Positions 1 to 9,310 of a stretch of 49,565 bases of DNA are shown here, in pieces. The notes below the pieces were generated by a model. The model did no database searches, was not told the DNA's origin, and saw nothing but the letters and a program-made list of their open reading frames with translations. Each line of letters begins with the position of its first letter. Within the stretch, counting starts at the first letter, position 1. Made by a program: the position numbers and the translations under genes. Source of the DNA: Xanthobacteraceae bacterium (lineage in GTDB: Bacteria; Pseudomonadota; Alphaproteobacteria; Rhizobiales; Xanthobacteraceae); the NCBI GenBank assembly GCA_035259885.1, contig DATFWC010000303.1:1-49565 (forward strand), written 5' to 3'.

Positions 1-880
1 CTACATGCCCCGGCGGCAACCCCAGCGCCTCGGCCATGGCGTCGGCCAGCGCCGCGAGCCTTTCGCAGTCGAGCCGGTCACGCAGATAGACGCCGCAATA
101 GACGTCGGGCGGCTTGGGCAAGAATCCGTCCTGGCAGATCACGATGCTCGGCGGCACCTCGCGCCGCGGCAGCAGCGCCACCCCGAGCCCCGCCGCCACC
201 GCAGCGAGAAGACCGTTCGACGAGACCGCCGAAAACACGATCTTGTAGTCGCGTTCAGCCTGGTTGAGCAGCGACGTGGTGATGCGGTGCATAAGGCCGC
301 CTTCGTTCAGCGTGACCACCGACAGGCGGCCGCTCGGCTCGATGACAGTGCCGGGGCCGTGAATCCATGACACTTCCTCGCGCCAATAGTGGCGGGCGTC
401 GAGCGCCGGCCCCGACGTTGTGAGCGCGATCGCCAGGTCGAGCTGACCCTGGCGCAGGTCGCGCAGGAGATATTCCGATCGATCGCCGCGCAGCTGGAAG
501 CGCACCTGCGGCGTGCGCGCCTGAAACTCGGCGACAACCCGCGGCAGGATCGAAGAGGCAAAGTCGCCCGGCATACCGACCCGCAACGGCGGCGACGATG
601 AAGCCGGCACCAACGCGGTCAGGATCTGGTCGTTGATGCCCAACATGCGGCGGCCGTAGTTGACCACAAGCTCGCCCTGGTCGGTCAGCGTCACGCCGGG
701 CGCGCTCTTATCGAAGAGCTCGACGTCGAGCAGGAATTGCAACCGCTTGATCTGGGCGCTTACCGCAGGTTGCGTGACGCCCAGCGCATGTGCCGCCTTG
801 GTGAAGCTGCGCAGATCGACCACGGCAATCAAGGTGCGCAGCAGTTCGGTGGGGATATTGGTGGTCGGAATGGCTGTCAC
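1..880 (-). CDS. LysR-family transcriptional regulator (3' end runs off the left edge)
   Basis: Absent from the ORF track because it is open to the window edge. My minus-strand translation from a GTG near 880 reads VTAIPTTNIPTELLRTLIAVVDLRSFTKAAHALGVTQPAVSAQIKRLQ... (LysR winged HTH). A LysR effector-domain-like region follows with no stop down to position 1. The exact start is uncertain. Confidence 0.8.
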   Translation of the reverse strand, partial: MTAIPTTNIPTELLRTLIAVVDLRSFTKAAHALGVTQPAVSAQIKRLQFLLDVELFDKSAPGVTLTDQGELVVNYGRRMLGINDQILTALVPASSSPPLRVGMPGDFASSILPRVVAEFQARTPQVRFQLRGDRSEYLLRDLRQGQLDLAIALTTSGPALDARHYWREEVSWIHGPGTVIEPSGRLSVVTLNEGGLMHRITTSLLNQAERDYKIVFSAVSSNGLLAAVAAGLGVALLPRREVPPSIVICQDGFLPKPPDVYCGVYLRDRLDCERLAALADAMAEALGLPPGHV

Positions 881-882
881 GC

Positions 883-900
883 ACAAACAACGGTGTTTGT
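883..900. promoter_or_regulatory. Inverted repeat ACAAACA-N4-TGTTTGT abutting the LysR start
   Basis: Read directly. Perfect 7-bp arms lie immediately 5' of the putative start of the LysR gene. Candidate operator or leader hairpin; function cannot be shown from sequence. Confidence 0.3.
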
Positions 901-1068
901 CACCGCTCCCCTGCTCGAATCGCACCGGCAACTCTAATTAACACCTTTCGCGTGTAGGTTATTGCACACGCTGCCAGGACGCAAACCCGATTCAACCACG
1001 AGTATGCATAACCCGACAGCTGCAATCCGGCCATACACACCTGCGCCGTCCTCCTCCGGCGCCGGCCG

Positions 1069-2235
1069 CTACTTGATCCGTTCCAGCACGCTCACGTAGT
1101 TGGCCACGGCAGCGCCGCCCATGTTGAAGATGCCGGCGAGCCGCGCGTTCTTCACCTGCATGTCGCCGGCGCTCGCGGTGAGTTGCATGGCGGCGAGCGC
1201 ATGCATGGACACGCCGGTCGCGCCGATCGGATGGCCCTTGGCCTTGAGCCCGCCCGATGGATTCACCGGCAGCCGCCCATCCTTCTGGGTCAGGCCCTCC
1301 GCCACCGCGCGTGCGCCTTGGCCTTCCGGCACCAGGCCCATGGCCTCGTACTCGATGAGCTCGGCGATGGTGAAGCAATCGTGGGTCTCCACCAGGCTGA
1401 GATCGCGCAGCGTGATCCTGGCGGCGGCGAGCGCGTCAGCCCATGCACGCGCGCAGCCTTCGAACTTGAGGATGTCGCGCTTCGACATCGGCAGGAAATC
1501 CTGGGCGTGGGCGGCGGCGCGAAACGCCACGGCCTTGTTCATCGCCAGTGCGGTCTCGACGTCGGCGAGGACGACAGCGGCCGCGCCGTCGGAGACGAGC
1601 GAGCAGTCGGTGCGCTTGAGCGGCCCCGCCACGATGGGATTCTTCTCGCTCTCGGCGCGGCAGAACGCGTAGCCCAGATCCTTGCGCATCTGCGCGAACG
1701 GGTTGGCGACACCGTTCTTGTGGTTCTTCGCAGCGATCATGGCGAGCGCGTCCGACTGATCGCCGTGGCGCTGGAAATAAAGTCCCGCGATCTTGCCAAA
1801 AATGCCGGCAAAGCCGCCATCGATATCCGCCTCCTCGCGCACATAGGAGGCCTTGAGCAGGTTGCGGCCGATCTCCGGCCCCGGCGTAGTAGTCATCTGC
1901 TCGACGCCGACGATCAGGGCCACGCGGGCATGCCTGGCCTCGATGGCCTTGATACCTTGGTGGACTGCCGCCGACCCGGTCGCGCAGGCATTCTCCACCC
2001 GCGTGGCGCGGCGGAATCGCAGCTCAGGCGCGGCCTGCAGCATCAGCGCAGCGGTGAAATCCTGCGCCGAGAAGCCGGCATTGAAATGACCGAGCACCAT
2101 CTCGTCCACGTCCTTGGCGCCCACTCCGGCATCCGCCAGGGCTTCGTTGGCCACGCGCACGATCAGGCTCTCGACCGTCTCGCCCTCAAGCTTGCCGAAC
2201 GGCGTATGGGCCCAACCGATGATGCAGGCAGTCAT
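1069..2235 (-). CDS. Thiolase-family acetyl-CoA C-acyltransferase (SCP2/nonspecific thiolase-like)
   Basis: ORF track 1069..2289, trimmed to the internal ATG (MTACIIGWAHTPFGKLEG...) preceded by GAGG. Thiolase hallmarks: VENACATGS, C-terminal NPSGGLKAKGHPIGATG and NMGGAA. Confidence 0.9.
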   Translation of the reverse strand: MTACIIGWAHTPFGKLEGETVESLIVRVANEALADAGVGAKDVDEMVLGHFNAGFSAQDFTAALMLQAAPELRFRRATRVENACATGSAAVHQGIKAIEARHARVALIVGVEQMTTTPGPEIGRNLLKASYVREEADIDGGFAGIFGKIAGLYFQRHGDQSDALAMIAAKNHKNGVANPFAQMRKDLGYAFCRAESEKNPIVAGPLKRTDCSLVSDGAAAVVLADVETALAMNKAVAFRAAAHAQDFLPMSKRDILKFEGCARAWADALAAARITLRDLSLVETHDCFTIAELIEYEAMGLVPEGQGARAVAEGLTQKDGRLPVNPSGGLKAKGHPIGATGVSMHALAAMQLTASAGDMQVKNARLAGIFNMGGAAVANYVSVLERIK

Positions 2236-2541
2236 GATGGCCTCGCGAAAGTTTTGGCGCCCACGTCCGGCGCGGCACCCGCCCGCCAAAGCGCGGCGCT
2301 GCCGGCTTCCGGCGATTCGGGCCCCGGCGACCCTGAACGCCCATTCATATTGAACGTGATCCGCCGCGAAAGCACGTCGAATTTTCGTCGCTTTCGTGGC
2401 CGATGCGCGTTAACCGCTTGACGCGGACGCCGGGCCGCGGCCGGCCGGAGCCTTTGCCTTGCGTCCGACGTTGGGTTTAGATAGCGGTCAGCCGATCGAC
2501 TCGGAGCTTTTGCGCCATTTCATGAAAACGGACGGCACCCA

Positions 2542-3930
2542 GTGAAATTTGGCCCGCCGGCGAAGAACATCCGAACTCTCCTCATCGCCATCACGGCATC
2601 CGCTGCGGTCGCGCTCGGCGCCACCGCGGCCGCCGCCGGCCCTGAAGCCGCGCTCCTGATCGACGCCGACAGCGGCCGCGTGCTCTACGCCGAGAACGCC
2701 ACCACGCCGTGGTATCCGGCCTCCGTCACCAAGATCATGACCGCCTACGTGACCCTGAAGGCCGTGAAGGAGGGGCGCATCTCGATGGACAAGCTGCTGA
2801 CCGTGTCGGAGAACGCGGCCGCGCAGCAGCCGGCGAAAATGGGTTTTCAGCCGGGCACCACGCTCACCGTCGAGAACGCCCTGAAGATGATGATGGTGAA
2901 GTCGGCCAACGACATGGCGGTGGTGCTCGCCGAGGGCGTGTCGGGCTCGATCGAGAACTTCGCCACCGAGATGAACCGCACGGCGGCGCGACTCGGCATG
3001 ACGCAGACCTCCTATGTCAACCCCAACGGGCTGCCCGCCGACGGCCAGATCACGTCGGCGCGCGATCTCGCCATTCTGGCGCGGGCGGCGATCCGCGACC
3101 TGCCGGAATACGAGCTCTACTGGCATATCTCCGCGATCAAGTTCGGCAGGCGCGTGATGCGCAACTACAACACACTGATCGACCGCTATCCCGGCGCCGA
3201 CGGCATGAAGACGGGATTCATCTGCGCCTCCGGCTTCAACCTGGTGGCAACCGCGACCCGCGGCGGCCGGCGCCTGATCGCCGTGGTGCTCGGCTCGCGG
3301 TCCGGCATGCAGCGGGCCGAAAAGGCGGCTCAGCTGCTCGAGCGGGGCTTCACCGGCGGCGGCGGGCTGTCGTGGCTCATTCCCGCTTTCGGCACGGTCG
3401 ACGGGCTGCAGCCGATCGATGCGGCGCCGCCCAACCTGCGCGACGACATCTGCAACGCCAAGGGCCGCCGGCGCCCGCCCTCCGATGCTGAGGCGGCAAC
3501 CACCCAGGCCGAGGAATCCACGTCCTCGCTGGCCATGATGGCGGGCTTTCAGCTCGGCCCGCCCAGGGCGGGCCTGATCGGACCGCTGCAGCCCTCGATG
3601 GCGCCGATCGTGGTCTATACCGGCCCAGTGAAGAGCCCGGCCGCGCTCGAGCAACTGGCGTCCGCTCCAGACCGCGAGACCAAGAAGCGGGCGAAGAAGA
3701 GCGGCACCCAGGCGGCTTCGACCCAGGCAGCGCCGGACGCGGCGCCCAAGCCCGCCGCCAAGCCGGGGGCCAAGCCCGCCGCCAAGACGGCCGCGAAGCC
3801 GGCTTCCGGCGACGCCAAGGTGGCGCCGGCGAAACCGGCGGCCGCCAAGCCGGCGTCGGCAGAGCCTGCTGCCAAGCCGAAGCCGAAGCCCAAGCCGAAG
3901 CCGGTCGCGGCAACGCAATCGAAGCAATGA
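2542..3930 (+). CDS. D-alanyl-D-alanine carboxypeptidase (peptidase S11, PBP5/6-like) with Ala/Pro/Lys-rich C-terminal tail
   Basis: ORF track with GTG start. Signal-peptide-like N-terminus. SxxK (SVTKIMT), SxN (SAND) and KTG (KTGF) motifs. The last ~110 aa are low-complexity AKP/KP repeats. Confidence 0.9.
   Translation: MKFGPPAKNIRTLLIAITASAAVALGATAAAAGPEAALLIDADSGRVLYAENATTPWYPASVTKIMTAYVTLKAVKEGRISMDKLLTVSENAAAQQPAKMGFQPGTTLTVENALKMMMVKSANDMAVVLAEGVSGSIENFATEMNRTAARLGMTQTSYVNPNGLPADGQITSARDLAILARAAIRDLPEYELYWHISAIKFGRRVMRNYNTLIDRYPGADGMKTGFICASGFNLVATATRGGRRLIAVVLGSRSGMQRAEKAAQLLERGFTGGGGLSWLIPAFGTVDGLQPIDAAPPNLRDDICNAKGRRRPPSDAEAATTQAEESTSSLAMMAGFQLGPPRAGLIGPLQPSMAPIVVYTGPVKSPAALEQLASAPDRETKKRAKKSGTQAASTQAAPDAAPKPAAKPGAKPAAKTAAKPASGDAKVAPAKPAAAKPASAEPAAKPKPKPKPKPVAATQSKQ
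3874..3903 (+). repeat. In-frame hexanucleotide tandem repeat (AAGCCG/AAGCCC) x5 encoding (KP)5
   Basis: Read directly: aagccg aagccg aagccc aagccg aagccg, inside the carboxypeptidase tail. Confidence 0.85.
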
Positions 3931-5075
3931 GCGATGCGCCGGCGCCCCCGCGGCGGCCGGCCGGCAGCCGGCAACCGGGCGCCCCGCTTCCACTCACGGT
4001 GCTGACCGGCTTCCTCGGCGCCGGGAAGACCAGCCTGCTCAATCGCCTGCTGAAGGATCCGGCGCTGGCCGACACGGCGGTCGTGATCAACGAATTTGGC
4101 GAGGTCGGTCTCGATCATTTGCTGGTTGAGCAGGCCGACGACGGCCTGGTCGTGCTGACCACCGGCTGCCTGTGCTGCACCATGCGCGGCGACCTCGTCG
4201 ACGCGCTCGAACGGCTGCTGCGCGCGCTCGACAACGGCCGCGCCACCTTCCGCCGCGTGATCGTCGAGACCACCGGCCTGGCCGATCCGGCGCCGGTGCT
4301 GCACACCGCGATGCTGCATCCCTATCTGGTCATGCGCTATCGCCTAGACGGCGTCCTCACAGTGGTCGATGCGGTGAACGGGTCTTCGACGCTCGATCAA
4401 CATGCGGAAGCCGTGAAGCAGGCGGCCGTCGCCGACCGGCTGGTGCTGACCAAGACCGACCTTCTCGACACGCCGGACCGGCGCGCCGTCGCCGACCGGC
4501 TGCGGCGGCGGCTGCAAGACCTCAATCCCGCGGCGCCGATTCTCGACGCGCTGGCCGGCGAAGCGAACGCGCAAAACCTCTTCGATTGCGGCCTCTACGA
4601 TCCTAACCGCAAAATCCCCGATGTCAGGCGCTGGCTCGCCGCCGAGGCCTACGCGTCGGAAGACCGTCACGACCAGCACCACCACGATCGCAACCGGCAC
4701 GACGACCACATCCGCGCCTTCTCCATCGTTAGCGAGGCGGCGATGCCCGCCGCCACGCTGGAGATGTTCCTCGACCTGCTGCGCTCGCTGCACGGGCCGA
4801 ACCTGCTGCGCCTCAAGGGCATCGTGCGCCTGGCGGACACGAACCAGCCGCTCGTCATCCACGGGGTGCAGCACGTGTTCCACCCGCCCGTGATGCTGCC
4901 GGCCTGGCCCGACCATGACACCCGCACCCGGCTGGTGCTCATCATGCGCGATGTCGAGCCGCGTACCATCCAGGAACTGTTCGGCGCGTTTCTCGGCAGC
5001 GCCCCTCCGGATCGTCCCGACCGCGCCGCGCTCCTCGACAATCCGCTGGTCCCGTTTGGCGGGCGCGACCTTTGA
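3927..5075 (+). CDS. COG0523/CobW-family G3E GTPase (putative metallochaperone)
   Basis: ORF track. Walker A GFLGAGKTSLLNRLL, CxCC motif (CLCCTMRG), ETTGLADP. His-rich insert EDRHDQHHHDRNRHDDH. The ATG overlaps the upstream stop (ATGA). Confidence 0.9.
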   Translation: MSDAPAPPRRPAGSRQPGAPLPLTVLTGFLGAGKTSLLNRLLKDPALADTAVVINEFGEVGLDHLLVEQADDGLVVLTTGCLCCTMRGDLVDALERLLRALDNGRATFRRVIVETTGLADPAPVLHTAMLHPYLVMRYRLDGVLTVVDAVNGSSTLDQHAEAVKQAAVADRLVLTKTDLLDTPDRRAVADRLRRRLQDLNPAAPILDALAGEANAQNLFDCGLYDPNRKIPDVRRWLAAEAYASEDRHDQHHHDRNRHDDHIRAFSIVSEAAMPAATLEMFLDLLRSLHGPNLLRLKGIVRLADTNQPLVIHGVQHVFHPPVMLPAWPDHDTRTRLVLIMRDVEPRTIQELFGAFLGSAPPDRPDRAALLDNPLVPFGGRDL

Positions 5076-5194
5076 TCGCCTTGCGGCCCTTGCCAGACTC
5101 CCCCGATCTACCCGATCTTAACCGTCGCACGGCAATGGCGGGCGGCCTGTTCGGCAGGCCGATAACATGCAACTGGACCGTGCCGAGGGAGCCC

Positions 5195-6994
5195 ATGGGA
5201 TTTCTGGACCGCATCAAGGGCGATTTTGCGTATCTCCGCGCCGCGCTGCGCACGCTCAAGCTGACGACGCCGATCGCCAAGAACCCGACGCGCGTGTTCC
5301 CCAACGTCATCGATGACCTGGCCGACCGGTTCGAGGAGGCGCCGGCGCTCCTGTCGGATCGCGAGAGCTTCACCTATCGCGCGCTGGCCGAGCGCTCCAA
5401 TCGCTACTCGCGCTGGGCCCTCGCACAGGGTCTCAACAAGGGCGAGGCGGTGTGCCTGCTGATGCCGAACCGGCCCGAATACATGGCGGTCTGGCTCGGC
5501 ATCACGCGCATCGGCGGCGTCGTCTCGCTGCTCAACACCAACCTGAGCGGCACCTCGCTTGCCTATTGCATCAACATCGTGGATCCCAAGCACATCATCG
5601 TGGCGTCCGATCTCGCCGCGACCTTTGCCACCGCGCGCCAGCATCTCGCCACCAACGCCAAGGTGTGGTCGCATGGCGACGGTGCGCCCGAGTTCGCCCG
5701 CATCGACCACGCGATCGAAAAGCTTCCGGGCGAGCGCCTGGCGCCGGAGGAACGGCGGCCCCTCACCATCGAGGACCGCGCCCTGTTCATCTATACGTCG
5801 GGCACGACCGGCCTGCCCAAGGCGGCCAACATCAACCATTACCGCCTGATGCTGGCGAGCCACGGCTTCGCCGGCGCCATGAACACCGGCCCAAGCGACC
5901 GCATGTACGTCTGCCTGCCGCTCTACCACACGACCGGAGGCGTGTGCGCGGTCGGCTCGGCACTGGTCAACGGCGGATCGGTGGCCATCCGCGAGCGGTT
6001 CTCCGCGCGCGAATTCTGGGACGACGTGGTGCGCTGGGACTGCACGCTGTTCCAGTACATCGGCGAACTGTGCCGCTACCTGCTCAACAGCCCGCCCAGC
6101 CCGAACGAGATCCGGCACCGCATCCGCCTGTGCTGCGGCAACGGCCTGCGGCCCGACGTGTGGCCCGAGTTCCAGAAGCGGTTCCGCATTCCGCACATTC
6201 TCGAGTTCTACGCCGCCACCGAGGGCAACGTGGCGATGTTCAATTTCGAGGGCAAGGAGGGCGCGGTCGGACGGATTCCCTGGTTCGTCGCCCATCGCTT
6301 CCCGACCGCCGTGGTGCGCTTCGACGTCGAGAAGGAGCAGCCAGTGCGCAACGCCGAAGGGTTCTGCATTCCCTGCGCGCCCAACGAGCCGGGCGAAGCG
6401 ATCGGAAAGATCCTCAACGATGCCAGCAAGCCCTCGACCCGCTTCGAGGGCTATGCCAGCCAGGCCGAGACCGAGAAGAAGATCTTGCGCAACGTGTTCG
6501 AGGCCGGCGACGCTTGGTTCCGCACCGGCGACCTGCTGCGCAAGGACGAGAATGGATACTTCTACTTCGTCGACCGCATCGGCGACACCTATCGCTGGAA
6601 GGGCGAGAACGTGGCAACGTCGGAAGTGTCCGAGACGATCACCGGCTTCCCCGGCATCAACGAGGCCAACGTGTACGGCGTCTCCGTGGCCGGCCGCGAC
6701 GGCCGCGTCGGCATGGCGGCCGTGGTGGTCGATGGCAATCTCGACCTCACGGCGCTGCGCGCCCATGTGATCAGCCGGCTGCCAGAATACGCGCGGCCAA
6801 TGTTCGTGCGCATCAAGAGCGAGATCGACGTCACCGGTACGTTCAAGCAGAAGAAGGTTGACCTGGTGCGCCAGGGCTTCGATCCCACCGGCACGACCGA
6901 TCCGATCTATTTCAACGATCCTGCGAGCCAGTCCTTCGTGCGGCTCGACAAGGACCTGTACGATCGCATTCAAACCGGCCAGGTGCGCGTATGA
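5195..6994 (+). CDS. Long-chain acyl-CoA synthetase, fatty-acid-transport-protein (FATP/FadD6-like) family
   Basis: ORF track 5072..6994, trimmed to MGFLDRIKGDF... (ATG preceded by GAGGGA). AMP-binding motif YTSGTTGLPKAA. FATP signature FYFVDRIGDTYRWKGENVATSEV. Confidence 0.9.
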   Translation: MGFLDRIKGDFAYLRAALRTLKLTTPIAKNPTRVFPNVIDDLADRFEEAPALLSDRESFTYRALAERSNRYSRWALAQGLNKGEAVCLLMPNRPEYMAVWLGITRIGGVVSLLNTNLSGTSLAYCINIVDPKHIIVASDLAATFATARQHLATNAKVWSHGDGAPEFARIDHAIEKLPGERLAPEERRPLTIEDRALFIYTSGTTGLPKAANINHYRLMLASHGFAGAMNTGPSDRMYVCLPLYHTTGGVCAVGSALVNGGSVAIRERFSAREFWDDVVRWDCTLFQYIGELCRYLLNSPPSPNEIRHRIRLCCGNGLRPDVWPEFQKRFRIPHILEFYAATEGNVAMFNFEGKEGAVGRIPWFVAHRFPTAVVRFDVEKEQPVRNAEGFCIPCAPNEPGEAIGKILNDASKPSTRFEGYASQAETEKKILRNVFEAGDAWFRTGDLLRKDENGYFYFVDRIGDTYRWKGENVATSEVSETITGFPGINEANVYGVSVAGRDGRVGMAAVVVDGNLDLTALRAHVISRLPEYARPMFVRIKSEIDVTGTFKQKKVDLVRQGFDPTGTTDPIYFNDPASQSFVRLDKDLYDRIQTGQVRV

Positions 6995-7548
6995 CGGACG
7001 CGGCAGGCCTCAGCACGCCGGAAGAAGTCGTCGGGTTCTGGCAGGCCGCCGGTGCCGACAAATGGTTCACCAAGGACGATGCCCTCGACGCCGCCATTCG
7101 CGCGCGCTTTCTCCCCACCTATGAGGCCGCGGCGGCCGGGCGGTTGAGCGCGTGGGAGGCGACGGCGGCCGGAGCGCTGGCGCTCGTCATCGTGCTCGAC
7201 CAGTTTTCGCGCAACATGTTCCGCGGCAGCGCCAGCACCTTTGCGGCCGATCCGCTCGCCCGCGCGGGCGCAGACCGCGCGCTGGAGCGCGGCTTCGACC
7301 AGGCGGTGCCACAAGACCTGCGCACGTTCTTCTATCTGCCGTTCATGCACTCGGAAACGTTGGCCGACCAGGAACGCTGCGTCGCCCTCTACCGCGCGCT
7401 GGGCGACGACGACAGCCTGAAATATGCCGAGGACCACGCCGACATCATCCGCCGCTTCGGCCGCTTCCCCCATCGCAACGACGTGCTGGGCCGTGCCACC
7501 ACGGCCGAGGAACAAGCCTTTCTGGATGCTGGCGGGTTTGCCGGGTAA
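6991..7548 (+). CDS. DUF924-family protein
   Basis: ORF track. LDQFSRNMFRG, FFYLPFMHSE and RFGRFPHRNDVLGRATTAEE match the DUF924 pattern as I remember it. ATGA overlap with the synthetase stop. Confidence 0.8.
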   Translation: MTDAAGLSTPEEVVGFWQAAGADKWFTKDDALDAAIRARFLPTYEAAAAGRLSAWEATAAGALALVIVLDQFSRNMFRGSASTFAADPLARAGADRALERGFDQAVPQDLRTFFYLPFMHSETLADQERCVALYRALGDDDSLKYAEDHADIIRRFGRFPHRNDVLGRATTAEEQAFLDAGGFAG

Positions 7549-7635
7549 GCGCGTCTGTGCCGCGTCTTCGATGCGCGGCGACGCCACTTGCGTCGACCTC
7601 CGTGGTGCTTGCCTGGGCGATCGCACCAACGCGGC

Positions 7636-7763
7636 TGTTATTCCGGCCGAGCGCCGTGGGCGCGAGAGCCGGAACGCATGTACACCAGCCGAGCCTTGTT
7701 TTCTGACGCCGGGGTACTTGGGTCCCGGGTCTCGCCGCTTCGCGGCTCGCCCGGGATGACAGC
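7636..7763. repeat. REP-A palindromic intergenic element, copy 1 (inverted orientation)
   Basis: Terminal inverted repeats GTTATTCCGG...CCGGGATGAC. Each arm is itself a GC hairpin. Aligns by eye with five other copies. Confidence 0.85.
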
Positions 7764-7846
7764 CCAGTATGTGGCGCGCCGCGCGCGGCCTGCTACACTC
7801 GGGTGGAGGGCGCCCTGCGCTTGAGCGAAGCTTTCGGAGGAAACGG

Positions 7847-8818
7847 ATGCCGGCCTTGTTGAAAGTCATGCGAACCATACTGGCGGGCGCCGCCCTGGTG
7901 GCGGTGTTGGCGCCGTCCGCGTTCGCCCAGATGGAACTCAAGATCATGGCGCCGGCGGCGCCGGGCGGCGGCTGGGACCAGACCGCGCGGTCGATGCAGC
8001 AGGCGCTGGTGGCGGAAAAGATCGCCCGCAGTGTGCAGGTCACCAACGTGGCGGGCGCCGGCGGCACCGTCGGCATCGCCCAGTTCGTCAACGGCGCCAA
8101 GGGCGACGGCAACCAGCTCATGGTGAGCGGCTTTGTCATGGTGGGCGCCATCCTCACCAACAGGTCGCCGGTGAGCCTCGACCAGGTCACGCCGATCGCG
8201 CGGCTGACCGAGGAAACCCAGGTCATCGTGGTGCCGGCCAACTCGCCGATCAAGACCGCCAAGGATCTGGCCGAGGCGGTGAAGAAGGACGTGTCCAAGG
8301 TGACCTGGGCGGGCGGCTCGGCCGGCGGCATCGACCACATCATGGCGGCGCTGTTTGCCGGCACCGCCGGCGCCGATGCCTCCAAGGTCAACTACATCCC
8401 GTTCTCCGGCGGCGGCGAGTCGCTGGCCGCCATCCTCGGCGGCAAGGTGACGGCTGGCATCTCGGGCTACGGCGAGTACGAAGGACAGATCAAATCCGGC
8501 AAGCTGCGGGCGCTCGGCGTGACGTCGCCGCAGCGTCTCCCCGGCATCGACATTCCCACCTTCAAGGAGCAGGGCATCGATCTCGTGCTCACCAACTGGC
8601 GCGGCGTCATGGCGCCGCCCGGCATCACGGCAGAGCAGAAGAAAGCGCTCGGCGACGCCATCGAGAGAATGGCCAAGTCGGCCACGTGGAAGGACATTCT
8701 CAAGCAGAAGGGCTGGGACGACGCCTACCAGCCGGCCGATGCGTTCACGAAATTCCTCAAGGAGGAGCAGGCGCGCGTGCATGACGTGCTGAAATCCGTC
8801 GGTCTCGTGAAGTCGTGA
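7847..8818 (+). CDS. tctC: Tripartite tricarboxylate transporter substrate-binding protein (Bug/TctC family)
   Basis: ORF track 7769..8818, trimmed to MPALLKVMRTILAG... (GGAGG 6 nt upstream). Signal peptide. Bug-family body followed by tctB/tctA-like genes. Confidence 0.9.
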   Translation: MPALLKVMRTILAGAALVAVLAPSAFAQMELKIMAPAAPGGGWDQTARSMQQALVAEKIARSVQVTNVAGAGGTVGIAQFVNGAKGDGNQLMVSGFVMVGAILTNRSPVSLDQVTPIARLTEETQVIVVPANSPIKTAKDLAEAVKKDVSKVTWAGGSAGGIDHIMAALFAGTAGADASKVNYIPFSGGGESLAAILGGKVTAGISGYGEYEGQIKSGKLRALGVTSPQRLPGIDIPTFKEQGIDLVLTNWRGVMAPPGITAEQKKALGDAIERMAKSATWKDILKQKGWDDAYQPADAFTKFLKEEQARVHDVLKSVGLVKS

Positions 8819-9297
8819 CCATGCAGGAAGCCGGCACGAGGCGGCGGCCCGATCCAGCGGCGATTGCGATCGCCGCGGTCCTGCTCCTGCTGGCGCTCAT
8901 ACTGTTCTGGGACATGAGCCGCCTGGAGATTTCCTCCACCTACGGGCTCGGGCCGAAGGCGATGCCGATCGTGGTGGCGATCGGCCTCGCGCTGCTCGGG
9001 ATCGGGAACCTAGTGACCGCCTTCACCACCGGGCTGCCCGAGCCGGAGCCTGCCGACCCCAAGCCGATACTGCTCATCCTCGGCGGGCTGGCGGCGCTCA
9101 TCGCGCTGATCGGCCTCGGCGGCGGATTCATTCCCGCCACCGCCATCCTGTTCGCCGCCACCTCGGCGGCGTTCGAGCGCCGCGCCTTCCTCACGGATCT
9201 GCTCATCGGCGCCGTGCTCGGCCTCGTCGCCTACCTGTTGTTCGACAAGGTGCTGACGCTCTCGCTTCCGGCCGGGCCGCTCGAACGGCTGTTGTGA
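8815..9297 (+). CDS. tctB: TctB-family small membrane subunit
   Basis: ORF track. 160 aa with four hydrophobic segments. Positioned between TctC- and TctA-like genes. The start could be GTG 8815 or ATG 8821. Confidence 0.8.
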   Translation: MTMQEAGTRRRPDPAAIAIAAVLLLLALILFWDMSRLEISSTYGLGPKAMPIVVAIGLALLGIGNLVTAFTTGLPEPEPADPKPILLILGGLAALIALIGLGGGFIPATAILFAATSAAFERRAFLTDLLIGAVLGLVAYLLFDKVLTLSLPAGPLERLL

Positions 9298-9310
9298 CGG
9301 AGTTGCTGCG

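Noticed and set aside
2236-2541. A search for a Zur/Fur-type box or riboswitch in the divergent thiolase/carboxypeptidase intergenic region.
   Set aside because: Only a modest inverted repeat (CGAAAGC-N17-GCTTTCG) is visible. There is no AT-rich 7-1-7 palindrome or conserved riboswitch core that I can recognise by eye.
5108-6973. Very long antisense or alternative-frame ORFs throughout the window. Examples: 5108..6973(-) 621 aa, 2488..3993(-), 6970..8391(-), 13344..15641(+), 17928..20528(+) 866 aa, 43622..45283(-).
   Set aside because: They lie opposite or out of frame to genes with clear family motifs. They translate to Arg/Ala/Gly/Pro/His-rich low-complexity sequence with no recognisable domains. 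They are the expected shadow ORFs of a high-GC genome, where stop codons are rare off-frame.
7424-7759. ORFs ending in ...ARPG-stop or containing ...VIPAERR.../...DPGS... peptides. Examples: 7424..7759, 17305..17583, 24992..25318, 26596..27570, 32952..33494, 33332..33676, 49217..49414.
   Set aside because: They are read-throughs of REP-A/REP-B repeats. The same peptide recurs wherever the repeat occurs, in both orientations.
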